Positions 11,574-23,616 of a stretch of 64,000 bases of DNA are shown here, piece by piece (the first letter of the stretch is position 1; the number at the start of each line of letters is the position of its first letter). Both the position numbers and the translations under genes were made by a program. The notes below the pieces were generated by a model. It made no database searches. It had not been told where the DNA came from and saw nothing but the letters and a program-made list of their open reading frames with translations. The stretch covers positions 1 through 64,000 of the forward strand of contig NIVC01003767.1 in NCBI GenBank assembly GCA_002269645.1, given 5' to 3'. This DNA comes from Macrostomum lignano. Lineage: Eukaryota.

Positions 11574-14530
11574 CAGGGTGACCGCGGTCAGGGAAAGTCA
11601 GGGAAAAATGTGCTCTGGAAAGTCAGGGAAAGTTAGGAAAATTCTTAGGAAGTCAGGGAAAATTTGAAAGTCAATTAGAAAATTGGAGAAAAAAATTGTG
11701 AGACAAGAAAGAGGCTAATCGATAGCACGAAGTAGCTAGAATAGTAAATCATTTTTCTTTGTTCCATGTATTGTTATTTTTTATCTTTTTTTATCCACTT
11801 CAAAAAACAACTTACTATGACAAAAAGTGGGAAGAGGAATTCTCCTGGGTGACTTCCTACTCGGGCAATCGAAATGCAGCTTACTGCAAAAGCTGCGAAA
11901 AAAGTCGAACTTTCCAATATGGGAAAGATGGCCTTAACTTCCCATGCTAAAGGAAAAACTCATCTAAATCGGATGAGTGCCGTCGCAACAACATCAAGTA
12001 TTCGAGCATTCTGTATGCCATCGGGCAGCACTACTAGTGGCGGTACTGTTGCTGCAGTTGCTGCTACAAATGACGAAGTACTAAAAGGTTTAAAGAACAG
12101 TGCTGAGCAAGCTGAGCTACTATGGGTTTTTTACATGGTAGACGAGCACTTTTCATTTCGCTCAGCAGCTGGAATTACTGATCGATTCAAAGCCATGTTT
12201 ACTGACAGTGCCATTGCAAAGGAAATGTCCCTTGGCTACGACAAAGTCCGATACATGATCTACTTCGGATTGGCACCATTCCTAAAGGAGCAGCTAACAA
12301 CTATTTTGAATAACCAACGGTTCTTTTCTGTTAGCTTTGACGAGAGTTTAAACAAAATCATGCAGCAATCGCAAATGGACATTATGTTCGTGTCTGGACT
12401 GAGGAAGAAGACTCAACTGAGCCTCCAGTAAAGACATTTTACTTCGTTTCTCAATTTCTTCTTTCATGCACTGCAGCAAATCTCTTGGAGTCTTTCCTAG
12501 CATCTTTAAATGGCATCTCTGTCAGCAAGCTATTGCAAGTGGGCATGGAGGGACCTAATGTCAACTGGGCCTTTCACAAGCTACTGGATGCCTATGTTGC
12601 TAGTAGTAGTACTACGGATGCAAAGATCATTCACTGCGGATCCTGCTCTCTACATCGAGTCCACAGAGAATTTAATCAGGGTGTCTTAGCCAGTGGTTGG
12701 GACATTGAAGCTCTTTTGAGCTCCTTGTACTACCTGTTCAAAGATGCGCCTGCACGTCGCAAAGACTTCATTGAGGACACAGGTACACGTGTGTTCCCTC
12801 TCAAGTTCTGTGCCTGTCGTTGGCTAGAAAATGTCACTGTTGCTGAGCGTGCACTAGCCATTTGGCCCGACTTATGTACCTATGTACAAACTGCTTCACA
12901 GAATAAGGCAATGAAAGCACATGTCAGTGGCAACCGCCACTTTGAGCTCCTGCAGTCTTGCACGAAAAGGCCATTGCAAGCGGCGAGGTTTGCATTTTTT
13001 TATTTATTACCAAGCCTTTCAACGACTTTTTGACAGAATTTCAAACTGAGTCACCAATGCTGCCCTTCATGGCAGACCGAGTGCATGCACTGTTTGTAAG
13101 CCTGTTTCATACAGTCTTGAAGCCTCCCGCTCTGAAGCTGTTGTAAACTGTATCACAGTTTGCTATTCACCAAGCTGGTGTTTTCGAGGACGAGGCCAAT
13201 TTTCTGCCTGCTGGTTTAACTAATGTTGGTACAGCTGCCCAGGCACTCCTGCAGAAGTCTGGTGTCAGCGGGCTCCAGATTCTTGGCTTTCGAAAGGATG
13301 TCAAGTCATTTGTTACCGCTACAGCAAAGCATCTTCTGAAGAGATGCGTACTAAACTATCCATTTGTTCGTGGATCTCGTTGCTTGCAGCCTTCTGTGCT
13401 GGTGGCAGAATTGGATAGTGACCCACCATCCTCATCACCGGCTCAAGCGGATTTTGATGCACTTGTCCTGGAAGCCTACACTAAGGGACGCATCACTGCA
13501 CAGGAAGCTGACGCTGCAAAGTCCGAGTTCACCCAGTTTCGAACTGATACAGTTCGTGAGCATCGACTTCAGCTGTTTCAATTCGACTATAAGTCAGACC
13601 GACTTGATGTCCTCTTTGCTTCCCTCTTCACTGATTCAACGAGTACCAATAATTTGCAGATCATTGTGAAAATGGTTCTGACAACCTTCCATGGGAATGC
13701 TGCTGTTGAGCGCGGCTTCAGTGTCAACAAAGAGTGCTTAGAACCAAATCTTCAGGGATTGAGCATTCGTTCTCTCCGACTTGTGTACGAGTGGCAAAAG
13801 GGAAAGACTGCCGCTGAAATCATCGCGAAAGTTACCGAGGAGATGTTAAAGAGGTGAGAATTGCCAGGAGTAGGGCCATGTTGGAGCAGCAGCGAGCAGA
13901 AGCATCTCATCGGAAATACGAGGAATCAAGGAAAAGGAAGGATGCAACGGTGCTGGAGCTCCAGTCGAAGCGAAAGAAGCTCCTGCTTGATGTTGCAGTT
14001 CTCACCAAAGATGCGGATAGCCTCGTGTACCAATGTGAGACGGATTCAAACATGAGCCTACTCGTGAAGTCAAATGCACTGCGTCGTGCTGCACAACAGA
14101 AAAAGGAAGAAGTGGAGAAGGTGGAGAAAGAAATTGTAGCACTTGAAGGTACGATTCCTCATTGAACTCAATTTTTAAGTACAGTGCTACATCTCTTAAT
14201 TTTGTTTTACTGTGCGCAACATACAATAGTTAAAGTTAGTACTTGCTATTTGTCATGTGATTTATTATTAAACACTAAGTTTTTTTGTGGTCAGTTTCCG
14301 GTGCATTGATTTTTCATTATAATTCAAACGAATTACCAATAAATGCGCTGTTTCAACTTCAATTCAAATTAAATAAATCTCAACATTGCTGACTTTTTAA
14401 TGCGCAACAGTTTCTTGCAATAAAATTTTTGTGCACAACTATCACTGAGCTTCTTCTATTACTTTTATTGTGTTAGGGAAAATTTAATTTGGTCAGGGAA
14501 GAAAAAAGTTACTGGAGCGCGGTCACCCTG
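11574..14530 (+). mobile_element. hAT-type DNA transposon with 5-bp TSD (hAT5-like)
   Basis: Perfect 13-bp TIR CAGGGTGACCGCG / CGCGGTCACCCTG; TSD ATTAC on both sides; GTCAGGGAA subterminal repeats; transposase fragments inside. Confidence 0.88.
11805..14165 (+). pseudogene. hAT-like transposase, multiply frameshifted
   Basis: BED-like AYCKSC...SHAKGKTH; SFDESLN..QMD; MEGPNVN; GSCSLH; FPLKFC..RWLEN; HGNAAVERGFSVNK; C-terminal coiled coil; split over six ORFs. Confidence 0.85.
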
Positions 14531-17500
14531 ATTACGCACTATACTAAAATAGCTAAATACTCGTGTGCCTTTAAAACCCATGATACGCGCACAAGCTACT
14601 GATCTGATTCCGTGGTCGCAAAAGTTTCAAGAAAGACGAAGACTCTGTGGGCATGCTTGTGGTCGCTGAGTGGCTTATTTAGGGAATATAAGATCTATGG
14701 TGTTGGTATCAAAGGGTATGAAGAATACTTTGACGTCGAATTATATTATACCTCGTAGGAACTCCTACGTGTGTTTCAGCACAACCGAATTCTAAAGTAG
14801 CAACGCTGCGAAAAAATGTATCAACTCTCCTCCAGGCTAAGATTAGTGAGTAAAAAATGTGACAAACAACGGGATCCTTTATTTACTTAGTAACACTACG
14901 ATTCGGAATCTTTGGGTTTCAGAAAGTATTACACTATCATAAGTTTCTCCTAAAGTAATAGATCTGATAAGTTAACGTATTATAAATAGCTAATGGATAA
15001 ATCTGAACGAAAGTAATATACGAGCCACTGTAGTCCAGGGCCGGTTTCTGACTGTACTTATTTGATAATTGCACTTACAAGCGATCTCCTTTAACAAAAA
15101 CTGTCAATCTATTGCTATCTGACAAATTTGTTGAAAAATATTTTTAGAAGAGTCTGATAGTGAAGGCGAATGGAACTATGATAAACCGAAAGGAGAGTGG
15201 ACGAATTGGTCAGATATTGTTCGGCGTGTTCAAGGAAATCAGCAAAATCAGCCTTAGTAAGAAATAACTAATGGCCCTGCTTAATAGTGTACCACATTTG
15301 CACTTCATTGTGACAGCTAACGAAAATGACTAACTATTAGCTGGCACGACTCCGGACGTCAGCGGTGAAACTGCCGCTAAACTCAGCTTGATTCCAGATA
15401 CAGCTACCAGCTCCGTTTCAGCTGTTGCGGAGCGTCGCCATTCATATGTTAGCCACCTAGAGCTTTGTGGGCGGCCAGGTTCTGCACACTTGCCTGCTAG
15501 CCAAAACTTTGCCGGCGGCTTGGTTCTGCGTATTCTGATGGAAAACCGTTTGATTCATTTTCACAGGCGACAATGGTGAGGCGAATGATGTCCCGCAAGC
15601 CGAAACAAGCGTCCATTAACAGAAATAAAGGCTGGATTGAAGTCTGATCAGGACCCTGTTTAATTAATAAATTGCACTGGACGAGCGGTTTCGGGAAAAA
15701 TGAAGCATTTTAAAATGTCACATCCAGGCTCGAGAAGACAGTTAAACCGACGAGGCTATCAAAGGGTTCCTCAATCAGTGAAAAGGGAAGCTGTATGGCT
15801 TGATTAGTTAAGTGACTGACTCGTAGTCAATACACAGTCGTTGAGACCCGTCATTTTTCTTTACGAGAACTATAGGTGAGGACCATTCTGAGTCACTTTT
15901 CTATTACTCCCTGTTCTAGTAGCTGAGTGTTGTGCTTATCTAAGAAAACTTTTAGACTTGTTTAGAGTGTTTTTGTTTACAACGAAATTCCAACTGTCAC
16001 AACCCCATAGCAACCAACTCAAAAACTAAAAGTGACAAACTTTTTTGGTCCAGTAGGGGAGTTGGAGCGAGCGGCCGGTGGGTTTAAATGTCTTTGGAAT
16101 TAGCATATAGCGAGAACAAATACTACTTAACGTGCGGACTATCACCTAGAAGTCACAAGACAAAGTATATCAGTCATCAAAGGTCAAGATCCGAAACGAA
16201 TCCCTTCAACTAAAACTTGACTCAACTACATGACTAAAAATCGGGAGAAAATATGGTAGAAGCAGTTAAAGAATTACAAAGATATGGTTGCTTTGCTTTA
16301 GAAACGGACATGAATATACTAAAGAACCAAGAAATTTTATAGTCAAGGGAAGTGTCAGCAGGCAAACCCAACTTTGCTAAATTGTCGAGGCCCATGCTTT
16401 TGTTTGCACACTTCCTCAACCTTACGCTGACTGGAGAACCTGCCATTGAGCACTTTTTATTAGGTTCAAGTCTTTATCAGGGTATCGACTATGATGCTAC
16501 CTACATTGTTTCAAGTCATCTCTGATGACGATGCTGGTGTCACATTATTATTCGACTGCGATTTATTCAGCGCATGTGTTAAGCGAGCTGTTTCAAGTTG
16601 GGTTGCCGAAAGTGATATGTCTATCTGATACTAGGCATCGCAGCTGCTGAAACAGAAACTGCAGTTAGCAATGAGCCATCGCAACTGGCTGTCCCTGTTC
16701 TGCTCAATCGTACAGCGGTTTTCAAGACCATCCACAAAAAGCTAGATGCTGAAGATGACATCGGCGGAAGCAACAGCAGCTTAGAAAATTTGTCTTGGAT
16801 AACCGTATGTTTCCTGCAGCTGGGCGAGTATTCGGTACTCGGTTCTCGATAGTTGGGATACCGGTACTTGGTTCTCGGTACTCAGGATACTTGGTGTGTT
16901 TCGTACTCAATACTTCTTTATAATCGAGTTTTGGCGAGTATAGGAAATCAACTTTTACAGTCAAAAAGCTGCGCAGCTCAGTACACTTTTTGATTTTGCT
17001 TATTGTATTGCATTTTTGCTATACAAATTGTGTAAAGATCTGGGCGAGTACTTGGTACTCGTCCCCTTTTTAGCTGCTCGTTACTCAGTACTCGGACATC
17101 CTGGGTTAGACCTTTTGGTACTCGCTGAACCGAGTGACTGAAGTGACTGAACCAATACTTACCCAGTCCTGCTGTAGACGCATATTCAGAGGTAAAAATC
17201 AACCACAGCTCAGTGGTGGCTAACAACTCAGGTTTTACGTCTAGGCGATGCACAGCTAGAGGTCGCATTTTCTGCTGTTCAAGTATTTAGGACGTCATTG
17301 TGCACTGCAATGTCATGCCCAAATGTGCCGAAGTCAGGGTCATTCTGCTTCAAGTCCAGTTAATAAAGTTTTGCACAGACATGCAACAGAACATGCTTGA
17401 GCTCACAATAGTATCACGGATACTTAAAATTACGGACTGCGGCAAGCTTGACCAGTTTAAAAGAACCATAGACGCCAAAAACATTGCCACAATGTTGGTG

Positions 17501-18005
17501 TAATGTTGTCAGCAAATGTTGTCATAATGTTGTTTTTGTACAAATGTTAATTTAAGCTGCTTTGTTTCCCTTAATGTTTTTACTTTGTTGCTCAAACAAA
17601 GAGACACAGACCTAATATTAAAAGAGTAATATTTTGTATTTATTATATGTACATTATATACATTATATCTAATAATATGTAAACTATTTGATAGATTAAG
17701 AAGCTACTTTTAATATCCACTTTATTTTTAACATTTACTTTAGAAAGGTGCTTTGATCTGCTCAGGTCTAGAAGAGACAAAACACCAGGAAACCAGAGTA
17801 ACCAGGAAAGATTTAAATATTTTTAGTATACTTGATTGCTTTAAATTTGCTTTTTAATTTTATAAGTGGCAAATTTCAAAGATATGCCAAAATCAGTCTG
17901 TTCTAAAAGGGCATTTTCCAAAAATCCAGTAACATTTTTATCGAATCCAGGAACATGTTTATCGAATCCAGTAACATGTAACAAGTAACATAGTAACAAG
18001 ATCTG

Positions 18006-18857
18006 ATGCTTCAGAATTCTGCGCTAGATTTGCTGGCCGACGCAGCCGTCATGGTGGCAGCTGCAGACAGCACAGGTGACGCACCAGGAGTTGGCACCAC
18101 AAGCGCACCACAGTGCACCACAAGTGAAGCTGTGGCTTCAACCACTCCGACATATGGGTGGCTATTCGCTTTGCCTAATTTTTTTAAAAACGTCGGTGAG
18201 TCATTTTGCTCATTTGTGCGTTTGGTACCTTGGTAAAAAGACATTTGGTAATACTCGGGCCTAGTGAGTATGGATGGTGATGTGCCGGACATCGAGGACG
18301 TCGAGGAAGATCATCGAGAAGTAGACATAGAAGTGTCATTCATTCGTAACCCCGCAGCTCTGAAGAATGACGAAAATGTCGTCACCATTGGTCGGGACAT
18401 ATCATGTACCGAAGTGTTGATGGAAGGAAATGATCCCAATATCCTTCTGTACTCACGAAGGCATTTGGAGATAAAAAGGGTAAGTCTTATTTCACAGTCG
18501 GGACTCCTGAGAATCGGATGAGTCAAGATGAGTCAATCAAACCAAGTTATCCGTTGTTTTGTAGCATAACGCTGGCGGCACTCCCGTGACGGTGATAAAA
18601 GACCTGAGCAGCAATGGCACATTCGTTAATGGCCAAGCAGTTGGTGAGTTTAGATTCTTTGCCCTACACTTGTTAATTATACTTTACTTGCTTTGGTAGT
18701 AGCATGGTATACGCAGAATGTAAACGACGGTTTCTTTTCTTAATATTTTTTCTACTCAGGGCGCAATCAGATTCAACGGCTAAGAAGCGCCGACATCATT
18801 TCGCTGGCACTCGCGGCCAACACGGCGTGGATATACGTTGAAACAAGCCGATTTTAA
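18006..18857 (+). CDS. Stand-alone FHA-domain protein (Chk2-like FHA), 4 exons, 193 aa
   Basis: Exons 18006-18195, 18265-18479, 18565-18643, 18760-18857 joined by GT-AG introns with matching phases (1,0,1); spliced product has VTIGRDISC...YSRRHLEI...IKDLSSNGTFVNG...ADIISLAL then TAA; AATAAA near 19041. Confidence 0.85.
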
Positions 18858-19200
18858 AAGCTGCATTTTATGCATTGTATGCATTTACATAAGCATATAA
18901 ACACTTTCTCAAAAATAAGTTCAGATAGTGTAATTGCATCCATCGTCAATATCCGTACATCCGGCCTTCGCCCCTCCTTAGCTCTAATTTTGCACTAACT
19001 GTTTAAATATAACTACCTGATCACTATGATTTACCATCGCCCATTGTCCGAAAGTGAATGAATAAACATATGCCTGTAGCATCAAAATGTCCGCTGTACA
19101 CCAACAGCAGGTAATATAGGAGGGAAAAGGTTATTCTGTTGGCAGTCTTGCATTATTTTAATGACGTCGCAGTTACGCTACTACTACTAATAAGCAGCCT

Positions 19201-20360
19201 GAGCAACCTAGAAGCTGGATACTAAGTATTTTAGTAAGGGTTAGGGACCCCTGAGCAACTTTAATATCAGGCTACAGCCTTCTGAAAATGTGCATGGCCG
19301 CTCTCTATACTCTGTGAAAGATTTCCAAAGGACTTTGGTTGTACCAAGTTGAAAAAGAACGAATTCCATCACATATACTTGCCGACTAGTGTTTCAGTAA
19401 CAAATTCAGTAACTAATGTGTAGCAGCAGTTACGTAGTTAAATCAAATCAAGCGCAGCATACTCTTCTGACGCTATCCATTACATCTGTCCATAGGAGCA
19501 ACCTAGAAGCTGGATAGTAAGTATTTTAGTAACTTTTTAGGGGCCCCTGAGCAACTTTAATATCAGACTACAGCCTTCTGAAAATGTGCATGGCCGCTCT
19601 CTATACTCAGTGAAAGATTTCCAAAGGACTTTGGTTGTACCAAGTTGAAAAGAACGAATTCCATCACATATACTTGCCGACTAGTGTTTCAGTAACTAAT
19701 TTAGTAACTAATGTGTAGCAGCAGTTACGTAGTTAAATCAAATCAAGCGCAGCATACTCTTCTGACGCTATCCATTACATCTGTCCATAGGAGCAACTTA
19801 CAAGCTGGATAGTAAGTATTTTAGTAACTTTTTAGGGGCCCCTGAGAACTTTATATCAGGCTACAGGTTGATTGAGTTCGTACCAAGTTGATTAAGAACG
19901 AATCCCATCACATATACTTGCCGACTAGTGTTTCAGAAGCTAGTAACTAGTTTCAGTAAATAATGTGTAGCAGCAGTTACGTAGTTAATTTAAATCAAGC
20001 GCAGCATACTCTTCTGACGTAAAGGCCATCTGTAGACACTTTCTTCCATCGAAAATCACTTGCTGTAAGAAGTTTACTAACTTCTGAGGAGCTTTTGCCG
20101 ACGAGAATGAATTCTGACTTAATGCGTATCTAAACCACTATAAGAAGATGCATCGGCGCATGCAAATGTCCTTTCCATTTTGTCGGAAATCTTTAAAAAA
20201 TGTTATTTTATTTACTCTTGCTTTTTTCACTGTACAACATTGAAATAAAAGCCTTGGAGTGTATGGCAGTCAATTTTGCAGGTCCCAGTTTTACATCTGT
20301 CCATAAGAGCAACCTAGCAGCTGGATAGTATGTATTTTAGTAACTTTTTAGGGGCCCCTG
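19201..20360 (+). repeat. 295-bp tandem duplication (two full copies, one deleted, one partial)
   Basis: GAGCAACCTAGAAGCTGGAT-like starts at 19201, 19496 and 19791; partial copy at about 20291-20360. Confidence 0.92.
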
Positions 20361-21418
20361 ACTAGATGCCCATAAACTTTTCGTAAGGGTTCGGGTAATT
20401 TCTAAGGGTAAAAAGTAAGCTTCAGTTTGTCAAGGAGGTTTGTACACTTTTGCTAGGAGAGGTATACAGTTCTTTAGGAGACCTATACATTGTTTAGGAT
20501 ATTCGTACAGCAGTCAAGGATGTTTATACACTAAGGTGTATTACCTCTAAAAAGTGTATATGTCTCCTAGGGTTAGGATGCTTATACACTTTTAATAAGG
20601 AGGTTGATACATTTCTTAGGATGACCAGAGTGTATGGCAGTCAATTTTTCAGGTCTCAGTTGCGAGGCAAGGCTGTGTTGCGTATGTTTGAAATCAGTCA
20701 TTTTCATTTCGTAAGCGCGTTTTATAAGCGGTTGACGATATTACGAAATCCTGAATTCAATACTTATTTGAAAATCTTTCAATTCTGGCCGAAAAACCCT
20801 AGCCTTTGATGCTGCATGCCTTGAGTTTGAAGAAAGAAAACTTCGGCGCTAAATGAAATGGCGATGCTCTTTGTTTTGCTCTTAATAGGTTCTGCGAACT
20901 TGTATGCTAGTCACTTAAACTCATAAATTAATTTGATGTTATTAAGAACCGAAAAGTATGAGTCTGACATAAGAACTATTATTAATAAATGGATTGCAGG
21001 CTACTTGCGATCGACCAACATGGTAGAAATGACAAAAGAAAATAAGTTGCACCGTTGCGCAATGTGAAACTATACTGTTTTGAATTGTAGAGCTCTGCTA
21101 TTGCGCAATGTGCCTTCGACATGCGAGTGTAATGTCAATATCATAATCAATACAAAAGCTATGACAATGGTAACCGGGCTAGCGTTAGGGTTACGGTTAG
21201 GTCTGCAAAATCAGTCAAGCGTGCAATAAATACTCCACTATTCGCTCCCTGCAACTCCTCCCGATTGGCTCCTAAATTCTACAGCTACACCTTCCCAACT
21301 TCCCTTATCCAATGGGAGCTGGCCAGACTTGGCCGGAAACCTGATTAAGTAATAAAAGAGCTTGCGACCCAATAAAAGAGAGTGCGACCCAAGGTCGAAA
21401 TTTCTCATTCTTTTACAG

Positions 21419-22036
21419 AATGAGTCGTAGCCATCATTCAAGAGAGCAGAAGGAATGTGTCATTTGTGGCCTGAAATCAAGGCTAGACAACTTAAAAAAC
21501 AGGCATTGGCCTAAAATGCATCGCGACTTAATGCACCGAGTGCATGACTTGCACTGGTTCGCCACTTTTGAGGAGAAGGTGCGACACGGCGGCGTCATGT
21601 GTTTCGACAAGTCATGCTCTAAAGCATTTGCGTGCGCCCGCGACCATTACCGCAGTTATCATCCATCTTTTATGGAATCCGAAATGTTTAAAGGGAAGCA
21701 ACATGCTGCCCTCTTGCGAGATTTTGCTGTGGAATTCGTCGCGCTGGCAAGAGAGGCCATTCAGCATGATCGGCCACTGCCTCCACATCCGTCAGAGTGG
21801 CGCAAGTTCAGCGAAGCAGTTAAAGTAAGTTACCTCATTAGCAGTTTGTGTTTATTTAGGAGTATCCCTTACCGTACTTGTATGCTGTAATATGCCTTAA
21901 TTCTTGAAGCAAGAGAGTGTCAACAGTGGTGTCTATTGGCGTATGCGTAAAAAAATTATGATCCGCTTTCTATAAAATTGTTTCTGACGTACAGTTGGCG
22001 ATTGTATGTGATGGGATTCTTGCATATAGTCAACAG
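21419..22036 (+). CDS. Exons of a C2H2 zinc-finger protein gene (partial model)
   Basis: Acceptor TTTTACAG at 21418; C-x2-C-x12-H-x4-H finger (CVICGLKSRLDNLKNRHWPKMH) and a second degenerate finger (CFDKSCSKAF..H..H); donor GTAAGT at 21825 (phase 0); acceptor at 21994 continues in frame LAIVCDGILAYSQQ. Confidence 0.55.
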
Positions 22037-22086
22037 GTTAAGCCCAAGTCCTTAAGTCTTTCACGCATAGCATGGAGAGTGACCAT

Positions 22087-22151
22087 CTGCTGTGGCAGCA
22101 GCCGCAACAGCAGCAGCAGCAGCAGCCGCAACAGCAGCAGCAGCAGCAGCC

Positions 22152-22187
<36 letters not shown>

Positions 22188-22287
22188 GCAGCAGCAGCAG
22201 CAGCAGCAGCATTGCTACAATGAAGACCTGCAGCAGCACCTGCAGGCCCAGGTGCTGTGGCAGCAGCCGCAACAGCAGCAGCTGCAG
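22087..22287 (+). repeat. Compound (CAG)n/CCGCAA repeat, first block
   Basis: CAG runs interrupted by CCGCAA and the unit CAGCACCTGCAGGCCCAG(G/C)TGCTGTGG. Confidence 0.95.
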
Positions 22288-22710
22288 ATTTGTGAGTGGA
22301 GACAGATTTGTGAGTGGAGGCATGAGAGAATGAGGAGGGTGTATGCAAGCACGAAAGGCAGGAAGAGAGACCCGGGGTTCAACTGCAGAGAGGAGGTGAG
22401 CTACAGAAGAATGCGCACGGGACACTCGATTGAGCTGGCTGCCTACAGGAGAAGAATTGGGCTGCAAGAGGAAGGACGGTGCAGGGGTTGCGGCATGGAA
22501 GATGAGACGATGGAGCACATCTGGGACTGCCCGGCGACGGATGGCAGAAGGAGGATGTGGTGCTGTGAAGGCATGCAGGCGGTTTGCGAGCAACCGAAGG
22601 AAGCCCGGAGTTACTGGGAGTGGTGGAGAAGCCTCCCGCAGTGGGGAGCCAGTGTTGAGGACGAAACTGACAGGACGGAGTAGCAGAGTAGTTGGCATCA
22701 ACAACAACAA
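22288..22710 (+). mobile_element. 5'-truncated 3' end of an RNase H-type (I/Ingi-like) LINE
   Basis: RMRTGHSIELAAYR...CRGCG...ETMEHIWDCP is homologous to the end of ORF 26482-28371 (RFRTGHSLDLAGYR...CRAC...ETVEHICNC); stop at 22683 then (CAA)4. Confidence 0.85.
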
Positions 22711-22937
22711 CAGCAGCAGCAGCATCAGCAGCCGCAACCGCAGCAGCAGCAGCAGCATTACTACAAGACCTGCAGCAGCACCTGCAGGCCCAGCTGCTGT
22801 GGCAGCAGCTGCAACAGCAGCAGCAGCAGCATTACTACAAGGAAAACCTGCAGCAACACCTGCAGGCCCAGCTGCTGTGGCAACAGCTGCAACAGCAGCA
22901 GCAGCAGCAGCCGCAACATGGAGAGCTGCAACAGCAG
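22711..22937 (+). repeat. CAG-based minisatellite with ~75-bp higher unit
   Basis: Two copies of CATTACTACAAG...CCTGCAGCAGCACCTGCAGGCCCAGCTGCTGTGGCAGCAGCTGCAACAG. Confidence 0.92.
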
Positions 22938-23616
22938 TACAAGAGACTGAGAGAGGTAGGACCTGAGGCGGAGGATGGTAAAACGATCACGATGGAGGAG
23001 CTGCTGCGCGCGAGGGAGGAGATCGACGGGTCCAAGGCGGCAGGGCCAGACCGTGTGCACCCCAAACTGCTGAAGGCTCTCCCTGGCGAGGCCGTGCGTG
23101 CGGTGCTGGGGCTTTTCAACAGGTCGCTGAAGAAGGTGAGACGCCACAAGTCTGGAGAACGGCGCGCATCATCCCGCTGCTAAAGGCGCAGAAGGACCCT
23201 AGACATCTAGGATCCTACAGACCGGTCAGCCTGACGGCTGGGTTGTGCAAGTGGATGGAGCGGGTCATCGCCAGCCGCATCCGATTCAAGCTGGAGCGCG
23301 ATGGCTTCTTCTGCGATGCACAGGCTGGCTTCCGGGCTGGCAGGAGCTGTGAGGATCAGCTGCTCAGGCTGACGCAGGAAGTTGACGATGCCTTCCAGAG
23401 GAAAGACCAGTGTCTGCTGGCGCTTTTTGACTTCCAGCGCGCCTTCGACAAGGTCTGGCGTGTGGGCTCATGATGAAGCTGCTGGAAGCCGGCGTGTGTG
23501 GCACTATTATCCGCTGGATCCGTAGTTGGCTGTGCAACCGGCTGGCTAAGGTCTGCGTTGGGGGTGTGGACGGTAGAAGCGAGGTGTTCAGGCAAGGGCT
23601 CCCCCAAGGCTCGGTC
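22938..23616 (+). mobile_element. I/Ingi-like LINE, 5' part (RT N-terminal half; 5'-truncated)
   Basis: KAAGPDRVHPKLLK, SYRPVSL, AQAGFRAGRSCEDQL, FDFQRAFDKVW, GLPQGSV; two single-G deletions shift the frame. Confidence 0.92.

Noticed and set aside
16360-16460. Possible hAT dimerisation-domain remnant (FAKLS...CTLPQPYAD)
   Set aside because: Too short and degenerate to support.
22030-23149. Long minus-strand poly-Leu/Ala/Cys ORFs
   Set aside because: Alternative readings of the CTG/CAG repeat.
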